Source: Lama glama (taxonomy: Eukaryota). From it: a DNA stretch of 64,000 bases. The notes under the pieces were generated by a model. That model ran no database searches and had not been told where the DNA came from. It saw only the letters and a list, made by a program, of their open reading frames with translations. Each line of letters begins with the position of its first letter. Positions within the stretch are counted from its first letter, which is position 1. The DNA lies in the NCBI GenBank assembly GCA_028534125.1, contig CM052820.1, forward strand, positions 1,550,001 through 1,614,000, in the 5' to 3' direction. This document shows positions 12,580 to 25,484 of the stretch, piece by piece. Made by a program: the position numbers and the translations under genes.

Positions 12580-12840
12580 CGGGGAGGAGCCGGGTTAACT
12601 GGAGAGTTGTGGGCGGGCGCGCGGGTCCCGGGCTGTGCCACCTCTGCGCTGCGCCTGGCAGCCCAAGGGCACTGAGCCCGAGCCTGGTGGCGACCCCGCG
12701 TATCATCTGCTTGTTATGTAACGTGACAACAGGGGTGTGAAATAGAAACCAGATGTCGGGGCGGAGCCGGCAATTCCTCACCAGTGAGCGCTGCGGGCAC
12801 CGCTCCGTCTTCTCCTCCGGCCCAGGCCCCGTGCCCTGGG
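12580..12840. promoter_or_regulatory. CpG-rich intragenic enhancer or alternative-promoter candidate
   Basis: PAR-bZIP/D-box GTTATGTAAC (12713-12722), E-boxes CATCTG and CAGATG, T-box-like GGTGTGAAA, GC box GGGGCGGAGC (12758-12767). Confidence 0.4.
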
Positions 12841-13765
12841 AGGACTGGCTCTGGAGGGGCCCCTGGGCTCTAAACAAAGGCCTTGGCGGAAGGTAAAGTC
12901 CAAACTGTGTGGTTAACTCTTGAGAACCTGTGGAGGGCTTTCTGTGCACAGGTCTGTAGCCGCAGCACGTCGTCCTGGGAGATGTGGGTGGTGACTTCTC
13001 CTGAGAGTCCACAAGGCCAGGGGCTGAGCCGTGGCCCCGCGCACTCTTGGGCTGGGAGCGGAGGGGATCTGAGCTGCAGCTGGTGAGGGGCTGGAGCAGT
13101 GGCGGGGAGCAGACCTCAGGGGGAGAGGTGGCCGCTGGTCGACAGGGGCTCCCCGGGCCTGGGGACTCGGGGCCAACGCTGGATGTCTGCAGGGGCAGCC
13201 CCTGCCCAGCCTGGGTCCTTCCCGACACCCGGAGGGCTCACTGGCCACCTCCGCCTGGGCTGCACTGTGGACACGGATCTTTGCCCTTTTGAAGTAGGAG
13301 ACACTAACTCACCTCAGTCAGGAGTGCAGCCCCCCCGCTGGGAGTGGCGGCAGGTTTCACTCTCACCTAAACCCGAGAGTACGTCGCTGGTGCTTTGTGA
13401 TCTTCCAGAGAGAGCGGCAGACTCCACCCTTAGCTAGGAAGACCCCAGAAACAGAAGCCTGGGCCCTTGGCTGCGACCCCTCATGCCTGGGGCTCTTGGA
13501 AGCCTCCTGGGAGTGTCACATTCTTATCAGCAAGGTCTGTGCTAACTGCCGCCCAGGTTACGGTGTCCCCCGGTGTCCCCAGGGAACCGACCCAGTGAGG
13601 CACGGGCGTTTCGGCTCCTTCTTGTCCTGAGCACGGACGCCCCTCTGGCTTCCTGCTTTCTTGTCCGTGAAGTGACAGCTGGTGTTCCGGGAGTGCCTTC
13701 TGCTGGGCTGTGCTGTGTGTCAGTGGAGCTTCTTACGTGACCCTCAGAGCCCCTGGGAGTGGACA

Positions 13766-14198
13766 CAGGCGACCCTCGGCTTAGGAGCGTTCTACTTGAG
13801 ACCTCCGACTTCGCGACGTGGGAGAATGACACGCTCGGTAGAAATCGCACTGGATTTTGGGTGTTTCCCTGCTCCCGGGCTGCGGCGTGGGTCTGACACC
13901 CTCTCGTCATGCTGGGCACCAGGTGAACAAGTGACCCAGCGACCACATTCTGCTTTTCGCTCTCAGTCCTGCAGTCAGTAAGTCACACCAGAGTCGACAC
14001 CGCATTGTCACACAGGCTTCGTGTCAGACGACTGTGTCCGATGGGGCGAACGTGTGTTCTCAGCACCTTTAGGGGAGGAGGCTTAGCTGTCGTGTTCAGT
14101 AGGTAAGGTTAGGGTTAAATGCATTTTCGACCGACAGTATTTTCAGCGTAGGAAGGGTTTATCAGTACGTAACCACGTTGTAAGTCTCAGAAGAGCTG
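13766..14198 (-). mobile_element. MER47B/Tigger5-type non-autonomous DNA transposon (Tc1/mariner-pogo), near full length
   Basis: 'gtgttctcagcacctttagg...tagctgtcgtgttcagtaggt...ttaaatgcattttcgac...gggtttatcagtacgtaaccacgttgtaagtc...ctg' is collinear with the recalled MER47/Tigger5 consensus; degraded CAG...CTG termini. Confidence 0.8.
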
Positions 14199-14204
14199 AA
14201 CTTT

Positions 14205-14290
14205 TATGACCCCATTTCACAGATAAGGGGGCAGACCCAGAGAGGGTGACTGACTTGCCCAGGTCCTCCCACAGCTGGGATCCGGCTCGA
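14205..14290 (-). mobile_element. MIR SINE core fragment
   Basis: cccatttcacagataaggg...cccagagagggtgactgacttgcccaggtc...acagct. Confidence 0.75.
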
Positions 14291-16195
14291 GGTGTGGGGC
14301 CACTGGCCTCTGGGTGGATGAGGGGCCTCACTGGGCGTTTGCTGCTGGCCTGTGTGCTGTTTGCTTGTGACCATCAGAAGTGAGGGCAGAGACCCTGATG
14401 TGGACAAAGTGTGACGCTGCAGTAACGTGTGCTCCGGTTCCTTCATCCGGGTCCTGGAGGAGGACGGGAAGCCCTCGAACACACTCGTTCCATTTCACTC
14501 GTTCTAAACGAGAACTTGAAGAACTCCAGCCCCCGGTGCTTGGCAGGCGGGCCAGACGCGGCTGTTCGAAAGCCATCCGAGTGAGCAGAGCTCGCGTGCT
14601 CATCGTCTCAAGCGGGGCTGCCCTTCGACTGCTCAGAGGAGCTGTTGAGAACCAGGCGTCCTGGCAGCAGTGCTGTGTTCTGCAGCTGAGCATGGGGGCC
14701 GTTCAGACGGCGCGGAGGGCGCGGCCTTCTGACCTGGGTCCTGGCACCTCGCTGTCCGGCCCTCTGCCCATCTAGCCCCTCGCCCCGGGTCACAGCCGTG
14801 GCCGCTGGGCATTGCTAGGAAGCCGCTGTCATCTTGGCCTCAGGCTCCGTGGTGCTTTGTTTCCAAATGTGACCCCTCCTTCATGTTTCTAAAAACTGCC
14901 CACGTTCGGCTGAGGGTCCTGGGCCCAGCCCCCGCCCGGCCGAGGGTGAGGTGCCCATTCCTGGGAGCGGGCTGTGCGCCCAGGGAGCTTCTCTTCTGTG
15001 TCGGGTGTCCACCCCGTTCGGGGCACTGAGGCCGGAAGAAGCAGCGTGTGCAGGGCCTGGCCTGAGAGGGGCGTCCTGACGGCTTGGCCCTCGGGGGATC
15101 GCTGGGTGCTAAAGGCTGGGGTGGGCTTGAGGGCCACCGGCAGGTCCACCCCCAGGACTGCAGCCCCTGCGGCCCCTGCTGCTCCCTCATCAGGCTGGTC
15201 CGGTGACATCCCCGTGTTCCTTCCAGAAGATTCTCTCCCTGAAGAGTCCTGCCCAGTGTGGGGCTGAGTGGGAAACCAGGCTGGGTCAGTAGCTGTTGTC
15301 GGGGAGGGGGTGGGGGTCCTGCCTTTGCAGTTATGCCCCCACCCCACCTTTTATCACCATTTAAAACCAGGGTGCTGGGGCCGGACTCTGCTGTCAGCCA
15401 GGCCCGGGGGGGCCCACGGGGGGCGGGGGCCCTGCCCGAGCGGCCGGTCCTCATGTTGAGCACGAGTCCAATAGCTTGTTTTAAATGGGGAGCCTGTTCT
15501 CCAGTGTACATTTTGCAGGGTGGTCTCGCAGGCCACGAAGCTGGGATGTGGTCAGAGCTGCCTGGATGGCTATGGACAGGCCATATCTGGGGCCCAGATG
15601 TGTGATCACACAGGAGTTTGGCCTCGAGTCAGGCCTCGGGGGCGACGCTCAGTGAACGGGCCTCCTGCCCACCAGGATGTCTGCGCCCTCAGTTACAGTC
15701 ACTGCCCTCCGGACCCCGGTCAGCGGCTCACGTCCAACTGAGGGGCCCTAGGAGTCACTCCAAGAGCTGAACTTTTCCTGCCTTCTAAGTGTGCGAAGCA
15801 ATGGGACACGGTAGGAAAACAAGTGGAAATCGGGGATTTGTTCAGAAAAGACCCAGGGGCCTATAAACTGAGCTCCATCATCGGTGTCTAGAAGCGAGAC
15901 TCTGGTCAGCAGCACCTGAGATCTTCAGTCACCAAGTAGCTATTTAAATACTTACACACGAAGCCGAGCCGTCTAGACCACTAAGAACCACTTCCACTCC
16001 GGGCGGTCACCGTAGGGTCGCGTGTGCCCGCGGCCCTGCATTCAGCTGGGTATCTCCCGTACCTGCTGCCTCCGCGGTCGGCCGGAATGTTGTTTAGATT
16101 CGTGGCCAGCGAGGGCAATGATAGCTGTGCTCCCACGTGGGTTTAGTAAAGGGCAGCAGAAGAGTGTTTGCTAAGGTTCATCTGTACAAATTCAG

Positions 16196-16227
16196 GTGTG
16201 TGTGTACGTGTGTGTGTGTGTGTGTGT
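16196..16227. repeat. (TG)n microsatellite with one interruption
   Basis: gtgtgtgtgtacgtgtgtgtgtgtgtgtgtgt. Confidence 0.95.
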
Positions 16228-17098
16228 AGATATATTTAAACTTGAAATACAAGTTGCATTAGCCCATTCCTCTAGGGATGGGTAGAATTTGGTAACTAAA
16301 TGAAACTAAGCTGCACATATGCAAATAATTTGAACATGATTGAAAACCAAACCAAGTTTTTACTTATTCTGGAAACTTCTAGAAGAAATTTTGGAACTCT
16401 CTGTTGCAAATAGTTCATACAGAAATAACATTCTATATACAGAAATACGGAAAAAAAAAAAAAGAGAGAGAGAAGGCTCCTTGCCCCTTTCCCGGCTCTG
16501 ACAGAGCGGCTTCTACAAAAAAAGGGGCAGAAGTGGGGCCGTCCTACCGTGGGCTCCCAGCATGTGGGGACGACGCGCCCACCATGTGGCCTTCAGGGAG
16601 ACTCTGACTCCCCGGGGAAGGGGACACAGACCCACAGTGCAGCACCGAGCCAGGCTCAGCACAGCTGTGGGGTGGAAGGAGCGAGGAACATTCCTGCCAT
16701 CACCCAGAGGATGTGAGAGGAAGAGGGTTTCCCACAAGGACTCCATGTCGGCGCCGGAGGCCTCCGCCCCACGCCCCAGCCTCCGGGCTGCCAGCTCGCA
16801 TGGGGACTGCCCACTTGGCTACTGTAGTTGCCGTCAGAAAACAGGCAAAAACATGAGACAGATGCGGCTCTGTTCATGCTGCTCAGATCGACTTGTCGTC
16901 TGTGCTTAGACTGAAGGAGCCCTTCCTGCTTTCAGCACGTGCCAGGGGGCGTGTCTGCCCTACGCGAAGGAAGGTTTTGCTAAGTAGGGAGCCTGTCCCC
17001 CACATGCCCCAGGCTGCCCTTCCCGAATGCCCCTTTGCTGGCCCCTGGGGGTCACCCGGAAGATCGTGGCTCCAAATCATTTGCATTTAAAAAGAGGG

Positions 17099-17232
17099 GT
17101 TTTTTGTCTTTTGGAGGGGAGTGGGAATTAGGTTGGTTGGTTGGTTTGTTTGTTACAGGTGGTCCTGGGGACGGAACCCAGGGCCTCATGCGTGCCAGGC
17201 AAGTGCTCTACACTGAGCTGTGCCCTCCCCCC
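17099..17232 (-). mobile_element. tRNA-derived SINE of camelid (Vic-1-like) type
   Basis: Minus strand reads GGGGGAGGGCACAGCTCAGTGTAGAGCACTTGCCTGGCACGCATGAGGCCCTGGGTTCCGTCCCCAGGACCACC (degenerate Pol III A and B boxes), then an (AAAC/AACC)n linker, CCTAATT, a C-rich block and an A-rich tail. Confidence 0.85.
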
Positions 17233-18309
17233 GTGTGCATTTTTATAGTTTTGCTTTGTTTTTATTTTTGTGCTGACTTAGAAAATCACACGTGGAACCA
17301 TTCTCCTGGTTGTGGGCGGACGTTCGCACTGCTGCTCCTGGTCGCCGTTGAACAGTTGAGGAGACACTTACACAGTGGCGGCGGGCACGGGGGGCCGGCC
17401 CAGCGGCTGGGCTCCCGACTCCGGGGGCCTCCTGACAGGACTCGGGTGTTTATGGAGCTTGGCAAAGGGGAACGTTGTCTTCTGTGCAGAACTCCGCCTT
17501 GGGCCTAGCCCCTCTTTTAAAACAGCCTTTAGAAGGAGCAGCAAGTCTAAACAACGTGCGCGAGGGGTTCCGCTGAGTTTTGAGGATGGTTTCACGTATG
17601 TTGGTTGTTCCGTCTGGGCAGCAAGTGGGGCCTGGTGCGTTTGTCCGCTTTCTCAAGTTATTAATGACGGAAGCGATGCCGCGCCACCGCCTGGTACGTT
17701 TCAGGCTCGCGCTCGGTTTGCTCGGCTTATCAGCTCGCTGAGCCTCCCGGCGGGTGGTGACGTCCCGCACCAGGGGCTGGGCTGGGACTCCCGCCCCGGC
17801 CCGCGTGGCTTACGGGCGTCCCAGGCCCCTCTGCTTGTTCGCTGCGCTGACTCTGTTTGCGTGTGAGGAAAGCTCAGCGGGCTGAGAGGCTTGTCTGGGT
17901 CAGTGGCCACGGGCTGGGATGAGGGTTGGGTGCAGGCTGTCTGCTCCCAGAGCTGGGCTGTGCTGCCTTGGGGTGCTCAGCCAGGGAGGGGCTGAGGTGG
18001 GAGATGGGAGGTGGGGCCGGGAGGGCCTGCGGTGGCCGCAGGGCACCGCACATGGATGCTTAAGGGGCGCTCCGTGGGGCAGGAGCTGGGGCCCGACGCT
18101 GAGATCTGGGGGACACCAGGGAAGGGCCTTGGGCACCAAGTGGCTCCTGAGTCCCCGACACAGACGGGGGCGCCTGGCCTGCCCCGGAGGACGTGTGCGT
18201 GAGCGAGGCCCTCTCCATCTCCGGCACGAGAAGCGACTGCCGAAGCTTCTTTTTAAGAATGAGGAACAAGGACTCTGGTGGCTGCAGGGTGCACTCTTAC
18301 GAATGAGCT

Positions 18310-18520
18310 GTTTTTACAAATGACTCGGACAGCTTTCAGGGCTGACTTGAAGCTTTCGCTTGATTAGCCAATCAGGGAGGCAGCAACCCAACTGGTTGGT
18401 TTTCTCAACTGTGAGTTAAAAAAAAAAGCTGACGGCGTTGTGATGACAAGTGACTTCAAGAGGAGAACAAAGCAAAACAGCTGTAGCGAGAAAGTAAACA
18501 GAAAAGCAGGCAGGGCTCCC
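18310..18520. promoter_or_regulatory. A-rich, motif-dense enhancer candidate
   Basis: TGATTAGCCAATCAG (CCAAT at 18368-18372), SOX AACAAAG, E-box CAGCTG and Forkhead GTAAACA (18494-18500) in a non-repeat island. Confidence 0.4.
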
Positions 18521-21500
18521 TGAGGCTCATCCGGCTCGCGGAGTGCACGGGGCTCTGCCGCCAGCCTCCCCCCAGGGTCCACCGCAGGGTCTGCGCCCCG
18601 CGGGCTGCACTGGAGAGGTTTGGGATGGTTGCAAAGGGATGGGAAATGTTTCCCTTTACAGTAGAGGACAGGTCTTGATGAGGAGAGGAAGTGAAATTTT
18701 AACCAGGCACCAGAGAAAGACAAAAATAAATACAGGAGATAAAAAGTACGAAGCAGCGACTTCAGATCGTCAAGCCCTGGTGGCTTCCTGGGAGCCCTGT
18801 CCTTAGACCGCCTCGTGTCTGTCCTGCCCCTGTCCCCAGGGCTGGGCCACGCATGGGGACAGGCCTGGCCGGTGTCCCATGCGCCGAGGGTCTGGCTGTC
18901 GCCCTGGCACCCAGGTGCCATTCAGGACAACAGGGTGATTGTGTCTCTGGCGCTGGTGCCACCCTCGGGGTCCTTCCTGGTCTCTCTCCTGCTCGGGCCC
19001 TGAACGTGCAGCACGACCCTCAGGGGAAGAGCCCAGCCTGAGCGGGGCTCCATGGGGGGAATAAGATGGCTCCCCTTCCTGGGAGCGAGCCATTTCCAGA
19101 CGGTTCCCTTGGTTCCAGCTTTCCTAAAGGGATGCTCTTTAAAATGGCTCAGCAGGGTCAGGGCTGCCGCCCCCGGCCCTGCAGAGGCAGGCTGGGCCTG
19201 GAGCCGGGCCGGCGGGTGCGTCTCTGCCCAGTGTGGGGTGGCTGGGCTCCTGCGGCTGTGTCTGGAGGAGGGAAGCACTGGGCGAGATGTTCCCAGCACT
19301 TGGCGGAACCAGTGCACGGTCCCCTCCCGGGAGGGAAGTGGTTCTCTCTGGATCTGCTGCCTGGGAGGTACGTCGGCGAGAGCAGTTCTCGGGAACCTGG
19401 GTCTGCGGTGGGGCCTCCCCTCCGCCTGGCCAGCCCTGAGTGTGGGCCGGCCAGGTCAGAGCACCAGTCTCACTGGAGCAGGTGGGTCTGCTGGAGCTGT
19501 GCCCTGCCCGGACCCTGAAGCAGACCCCCCAGAGGCCCTGGGGACTTCCGCCTAGCGGTTTCTGTGGCCGACCTGGGCGTCTGGGCTCTGGCCTCTGCCC
19601 CACGATCGCCAGGTCTGGTTCTGTACGGGGGCTGGCAGGGTTCCGAGTGGACCTGGAGGCATGGTCCCAGGGAAGAGGGAGTGAAGGAGAGGCCTGGCCT
19701 GTGGAGACTGGTCCCCGTCCTCTGGGCAGCCCAGGACAGGGGGGCAGGGGGAGTGTGGGCTTTGTGCTCCCCTCCCTCGCTTCTCCCAGCATCAGGCCAC
19801 GTGCAGTCATGGAAAAGGAGGAAGGAGAAAGTCCGCAAGAACCAGAGAGGGAGGCTCGGCATGGCCGCGGCTCCCTGGCTTCTCTGGGAACCACGGGTGT
19901 GCCGTTTCCACATCTGCTTTCATGCTCGTTCGGCAGGAATCAGCCCCCTCAGTCCACGCTTACAGGACAGGGTCGGGCCCCTCGGTTGGGGGGGGTTTCC
20001 TGCTCTCTTGCAGGAAGAGGAAGGACGCTGGACACGAGGACAGCTCTGTAAAGAGGAGGCCTCCTCGGCCCTGGAGTCAGGAACTTGTGTGGTGGGGGGC
20101 CAGCCGCAGCTGCACGCGTGGCGGCCCTGGCCGCGGCGGCCCTCGCCCGCTTCCAGTGGGTCCGGTGCGACTGAGGAACCAGACTTTAAACTTCGTTTCA
20201 TTTTGGTTAATTCCGGTGTTGGTAGCCCAGGAGGCCAGCGGGGCCTGCAGCCCAGCACCGAGTGCGCTGCTGGGAGACAGGGCTTCCTGCGTTTGAATTT
20301 CCCGGTTGGGTAAACAGCAGGGTGCCAGAGTCAGAATAGGACAGATTTGCCAGGAGCAGTCTGCGCGGCTCGCTGCATTTGGGGTCCTCCGCAAGGCCGT
20401 TTGGAAGGTGGCGCAGTGGCAGCCTCATGTCGCGGAGAGGGCCACCCATGGTTCCAGGCGGGGCCGTCTGGCCTCCGAGGTGCGCCCCCCCCGGGAGTTC
20501 ACTGATGGGCCTGAGACAAGGTCGCAGGACCCAACTGCAGGGGGTCCTGAGGCAGTCTCCATCCCTCCCCCGCCCTGGGCTGGGCTCCCTTCCCCTCCGT
20601 CCGCTCCGTCCCAGCTGTGTCCCGTCACTGGTTTGGCTGGTCTGGTGTGTCCCTCTTGTGCTCCAGCCAGGGGCAGGTGGCCGGAGCAGGACAGGACGCT
20701 GGACATGCAGGCAAACAGACGTCCCAGCGGGGCTTTCTCTGGCCCGGGTCTGCGAACGCATGGGGAGCCAGCCAGTGTAGACAGCCCTCACTCTGGGTCC
20801 GGCCGGGCCTTCCCGCCCAGCAGGCTGTCTCCTGCGGCCGTGTGTGTTGCTGGAAGGTCCCTGGCCAGCAAGTGCACGTCGCTCTCCACCTGGTTACAGG
20901 TGGCGCGGGTGAGCGCGTGCGGCCGGCCTTGCCGCCCACCTCCCGCTTGTTTCTGCCTGGGGTGAGGCTGCGCACGGGCTGCCCCCCGCGTGGCCGGGAG
21001 AACTTGCAGCGTCTGGAATGGCTTTGCTTGGTGGTAGCCGTTCTTTCTACTGTTAAAAGAGAAAAGTTGGACCATTGACGTGTTGACACTGGGGCCTGCT
21101 CCTGGGGCAGGCTGCCACCCAGTCCCAGTCTGTAACTATTTGGCAAAGAGGGGTTTTTACTGACACGGGGTGTCATTCATCACACGGCATGGGTACACTG
21201 AGTCTACGAGAGGTTCTTAGCACGTGCGTGAGAATGACTGTGAAGCGTGCTAGGAAGGTGAGTGCTGTCCGCATCCTGCCCTGTGGGTGAGGGGGCGAGT
21301 CCACACTGCTGGCTTCTGGGAACGCAGGCTTCACCTGCGGTTTTGTAAAACACGCACAGCGTCTCTGTCTGTGTTGCCGGCCTTAGCGCTGCTCACTGGG
21401 GTTTAGAGGAAGCGGAGCTGAGGACGAGGAGGCAGTGGGCGGACCCGAAGGCCTGTGGGTAGCGTGGGGGTCAGCGAGGAGCTTCCCTGAGAGCACTGAG

Positions 21501-23628
21501 CCCACGGAGACGGTCAGCTCGAGTGACGGAGGTGACGGGGCCCTTGGCCTCTGGGGAGTTTGCAGAGCATACACACTTGAGCTTAAGGGGACCCGGAGTC
21601 TCCCTTGAGATGTGAGGGCTGTCGTGTTCGCGGGTCCTGACTACGAGTCGGGTTCTGGAAGCTTCTTGTCAGCGTCCCTTGTGATGCTCAGGTGGCCTGC
21701 CAGCCCCAGTTTGTCTGGGGACTGGCCAGGTCAGTCAGGGAGCTGGGATTGGGTCCTGGGCCTGTCTGCCTCTGGATGCCCGGACGCTGCCCTGCTGGGC
21801 CCCGAGCTTGCCTTCCTCCAGGCGTTAGGGTGGGAGGATTCTTTGGTTCGGTGTTTCTTGTTTATGTTTCAGTCTTGAGTGTTTTTGATCACGTGAATAT
21901 TCTGTGTGTCCACTGACGCATTATGGTCTCAGCAGACTTGCAGACCCAGGATACACGAGTGTCTGTTCCATGTTTTACTTGGTCCCTGTCTTTCCTTGGT
22001 CTTTTCGTTGGCACCAGGGACAGTGGTGTGGGGCAGACACACATGTGCAGCAGTGGTCATGATGGCTGGACTTGCAGTGGCCGTGGAACGGGCTGTGGTT
22101 GCTCCTTGCTTGGAAGGACACCGCTGGCTTTTCTGTGCTGAGAATCAGCTGTCACTTATGGGGACAAGTTTTCTCCAAGGTTCTGGAGGGGTGAACACAG
22201 TCTTCTCAAGGTCTCTTCCATGTCGGTGGCGTCTGTGTTCCGCCACCCGAGCAGGCCTGGCCTGGCCTGTGTCCAGCGGACCTGAGCAGGAGGGCAGTGT
22301 CCTGAGTGAGGCCTGGTACCACGATGGCCGGTGTCTCCACGGGTTTCTGCGGGGCAGGTCTGGTGATGCTCGTGCGGCTTGGCACCCACGGACCGTCGCC
22401 AGCTGATGATGGACAGAGCAGGCAGTGGGGGCTGCAGCACTGCCAGGTGACCATGGGCTCTCAGTCGCACGGACTGACTGGCGGGGTCCTGGCCTGGGCT
22501 GTCGCGTGTCTGAAATGATGACGTCGGTGCACCACACACAGGCATAAAGGCAGAGCTTCACACGCACCAGACGGTGACGCCGCCACACCCGTGCCGCGGA
22601 TGGGGGTGCTCGCCTGAGCCCCGGGCACCTGGGCACCCGTGCTGAGTCCATGTCCGCAGTGGGGTTCGTTTGTGGCAGGTCAGCGGTGCCAGGCCCAGCT
22701 CTGGGCAGGGAGGGGTCCTTCCTCCCAGGCCCGTCCTCTGAGCAGACCACTGCCACCATGGAGCTACGGGCACCCGTTCCCGCTGGGGCTGGGGCACACG
22801 CCTGCTCCTTGTGAAAGCTGGAGGGCGCGGACACACCCCGGCTGCGGCAGGCCTGACACAGTGGCTCCGTCATCCCCAAGGCTGTGAGGGGCCCGGGCCC
22901 TGAGGGTCGTCTCAGGCTCCAGTCCTGACTTCCAGGGAGGCCTTCCCGTGTCCCTGATAGGGACGCTGGTGAGCGCACAGCCCAGCCCTTATCTTAAGTA
23001 GTGTAAGGCTAATTCCTTTTTTAAAATTTAAAAATAAACAGAAATGAAAGTTTGTCCCTTTCTTCCTGTGCCCCAGGGAGCATCTCTTGGAAGCCACCTA
23101 GTCCACGGTTTCATTTCTCTGGCAAGAGCAGTTGAATAGTGAATGTCAAGGGAAGTCATAGCGAGTAGTTCCAAGACGGTCTGGTGTGGACGGGCCTGGT
23201 GAGAGAGTTCAGACGTGAATCCAGTGTTTTCTATGTGTATCTGCTGCCAAGGGGCTCCCGGTTCAGATGCAGCCCTGAGTCCTGTGTCCACCACCTCGGC
23301 CCGTGCTGGGCGCCCTGGAAGCTGTCTCGAGTCTGGGTCTGTGACAAGCACCGCTGTCCCCAGAGGCACTGGGAGGTCCTGCCAGGGTTTGTCGTTCCAT
23401 GACAGATGTTCGAGAAAAAGAGCCAGAAAATAGCAGGTAAAATGCGAGTCCTAACAAAATGGCGAGGGTTCTCAAATGCTGCGTCGTGCCCCTGATCCCA
23501 GGAAGCCCTGCAGCGCGTCTGAGGCACCAGGAAACGCCGTGACCTTTAGAATCTAAGCCTCAGCGCTCAGCTGGTCATGTCATTTTAAAAAGACAACAGC
23601 CAGTGAGACGAGGAGGGAGGGAAGACTG

Positions 23629-23663
23629 CTGGGCAGTGGCTGGGCAGTGGCTCTGGGCAGTGG
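23629..23663. repeat. Short tandem repeat, three copies of CTGGGCAGTGG
   Basis: ctgggcagtgg ctgggcagtgg ct ctgggcagtgg. Confidence 0.85.
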
Positions 23664-23904
23664 TGCTGCAGGATGCGGCCAGGCTTCCCCTGCAGGGCGG
23701 TGGGGCCGGGACCCTGCCCCAGGGCTGGCCATGAAGGCTTCTCCGTGCCTGGGACACACCCACGGCCAAGTGTGCCACATGTGCTAGTGTGTGTGTGATG
23801 CATGTGCCGGGGACGCGTCCTTCCCGGCTGTGTGAGCAGGGTACCCGGGGCACGCGCTGGCACCAGGCCGCTCGGGCGCCCACGCGGGGGCTGTGCTCTC
23901 CTGC

Positions 23905-23975
23905 CCGGGGACCTGGGGCCGCCCCCAGCCTCTCCGCACCTCAGTGGCCTCGTCTGCAAAATGAGGGCATTGAGG
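23905..23975 (+). mobile_element. MIR core fragment
   Basis: cctctccgcacctcagtggcctcgtctgcaaaatgaggg. Confidence 0.65.
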
Positions 23976-24479
23976 GAGCGCATTTCCTCAGTTCTGTCTT
24001 CTTCTGGATTGGGGTCCATTCAAAGGAGGTACTTGCAGCTCCTGAGCTCCCGTCTCTGCCTCTTACTTAAGGGAAGGCTTGGAGTGAGGGGCCCTGTAAA
24101 AGGCTGCTGCAAGTGGAATGAATTTGCGACAGAGCAGAGAAGCATCGTAGAAGGATAATGTGGGTCCTTGGGTTCCGGTTCCTGAGCGTGTCCTTACCTG
24201 ACTGAGAACGAGAGTGGCTGTGTGCGTGGATGGCCACCTCTCAGGTCTGCTCGCGCGGAAAATCGTTACCAGTGATTTTGCTGTGGCCGTTCCTTTGGGT
24301 GAGGACACTTTATTGAAGAAAGAAAATGAAACTCAGCAGGAACAGTAAACTAGACACAAGACAGAGAAGCTTCAGGGAGGTGCGCGCGTCAAAAGCAGCA
24401 GCAGATTATAAAATAATTACGACGTGTTCTCTCTGCACAAGCAGTGAGGCTTTGCTCTTTTCTAGTCGTAAAGACGGGA

Positions 24480-24690
24480 ACTATTCATTTTAAGACATTT
24501 TTAAGAGAGTAAAAGCATTCTTAGACTGTCCTCTCCTGACCCTGTCACTCATGGTCACCGCTGTGGCCACGTCAGTGTCTTTCCAGTCCTTTCTCTGGTG
24601 TTTCTACAGATGGCTTCTGGACGGATGTGAGATTTTGCTGTTTTGCGCTTTGCACTTACTGTAAAGTTGCTATAATCATCTTTCTATGTT
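24480..24690 (-). mobile_element. Old L1ME-type 3' fragment
   Basis: 'ggtcaccgctgt...tctttccagtcctttctctgg...ttttgcactta...catctttctatg' resembles an antisense L1ME 3' end. Confidence 0.45.
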
Positions 24691-24695
24691 GCCAG

Positions 24696-25277
24696 TGTTG
24701 CTGGAGAGTAGGTTCTTGTCTCGTCCCAGAAAGAATTCAGAGACGAGACACAGAGGCCAAGAAAGCAAAGCGAGGATTAGTCAGGGGTAAGACCGCTCCC
24801 GGGGGCGAGCGACGGACTCCGGCGGGAGCTGCCCTGAGTTTCTTTGGCGAGCTGGCTGTATGGGGTGTAGGAATAAACAGGCTGAATGTCCACCGGGGAG
24901 AGAGGGGTTTGGGGTTGCGTTTCCTGGTTTTCGCCCACCTTCCCCAGGGCAGGAGGGGTGTCTGTCCTTACTTAGTCTGGATCAGAAGCATCAGTGTCGG
25001 TGCAAGACGAGTACTTCTAATCTGCAAGGCTGGTTCTATCGTGCTGAGGGCATAGTGAGCAAAAGTCACATTGGACGCTGGGGATTCCTGCCTCCTCCCA
25101 CCTTTGTCTGCCTCAGGACCCTCGTCACCCCAGAATGTGTGGTTTGCTGTCAGCCTGAAGGTCCCTGCTTCCCTCTGCCTGCCCCGCGGCCCCCGGAGGT
25201 CACAGGACGTGCGGCTTCCCACCATTGGGCTGGTGCCCCCGCCCGCTGCTCGTGTCTAGCGGCCCGCCGCTCTAAGG
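24696..25277 (-). mobile_element. Solo ERV1-like LTR
   Basis: Begins TGTTGCTGGAGAGTAGGTTCTTGTCTC...AAAGAATTCAGAGACGAGACAC, a typical antisense LTR U5 end; ends near '...ctcgtgtctagc...ctctaa'; about 580 bp with no internal coding sequence. Confidence 0.7.
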
Positions 25278-25484
25278 AGGGGACCCTTTGCGAGTGGTCC
25301 CGACGTGAGCTGTGCTGCGAGGCGGTGGCCCTGAGCCGGCCTGGCGCCTTCTCCGCTGTTGGATGGCAGTCTTCTGGGCTGGTTGTGCAGTAAGAGCGAG
25401 AGCACAAGTATCCGGCCCTGCCCTGTCCCGGGGGCTCCAGCGGTGAGCGGCGGTGCTCACGGTGTCCCTGAGGGAGATGTCGAG

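Noticed and set aside
15880-16130. Possible MER3/MER33-type hAT element
   Set aside because: Only a short motif (gtagctatttaaat) resembles it, which is insufficient without an alignment.
17158-17232. tRNA gene on the minus strand
   Set aside because: A and B boxes are degenerate and it is fused to a SINE linker and tail; it is a tRNA-derived SINE.
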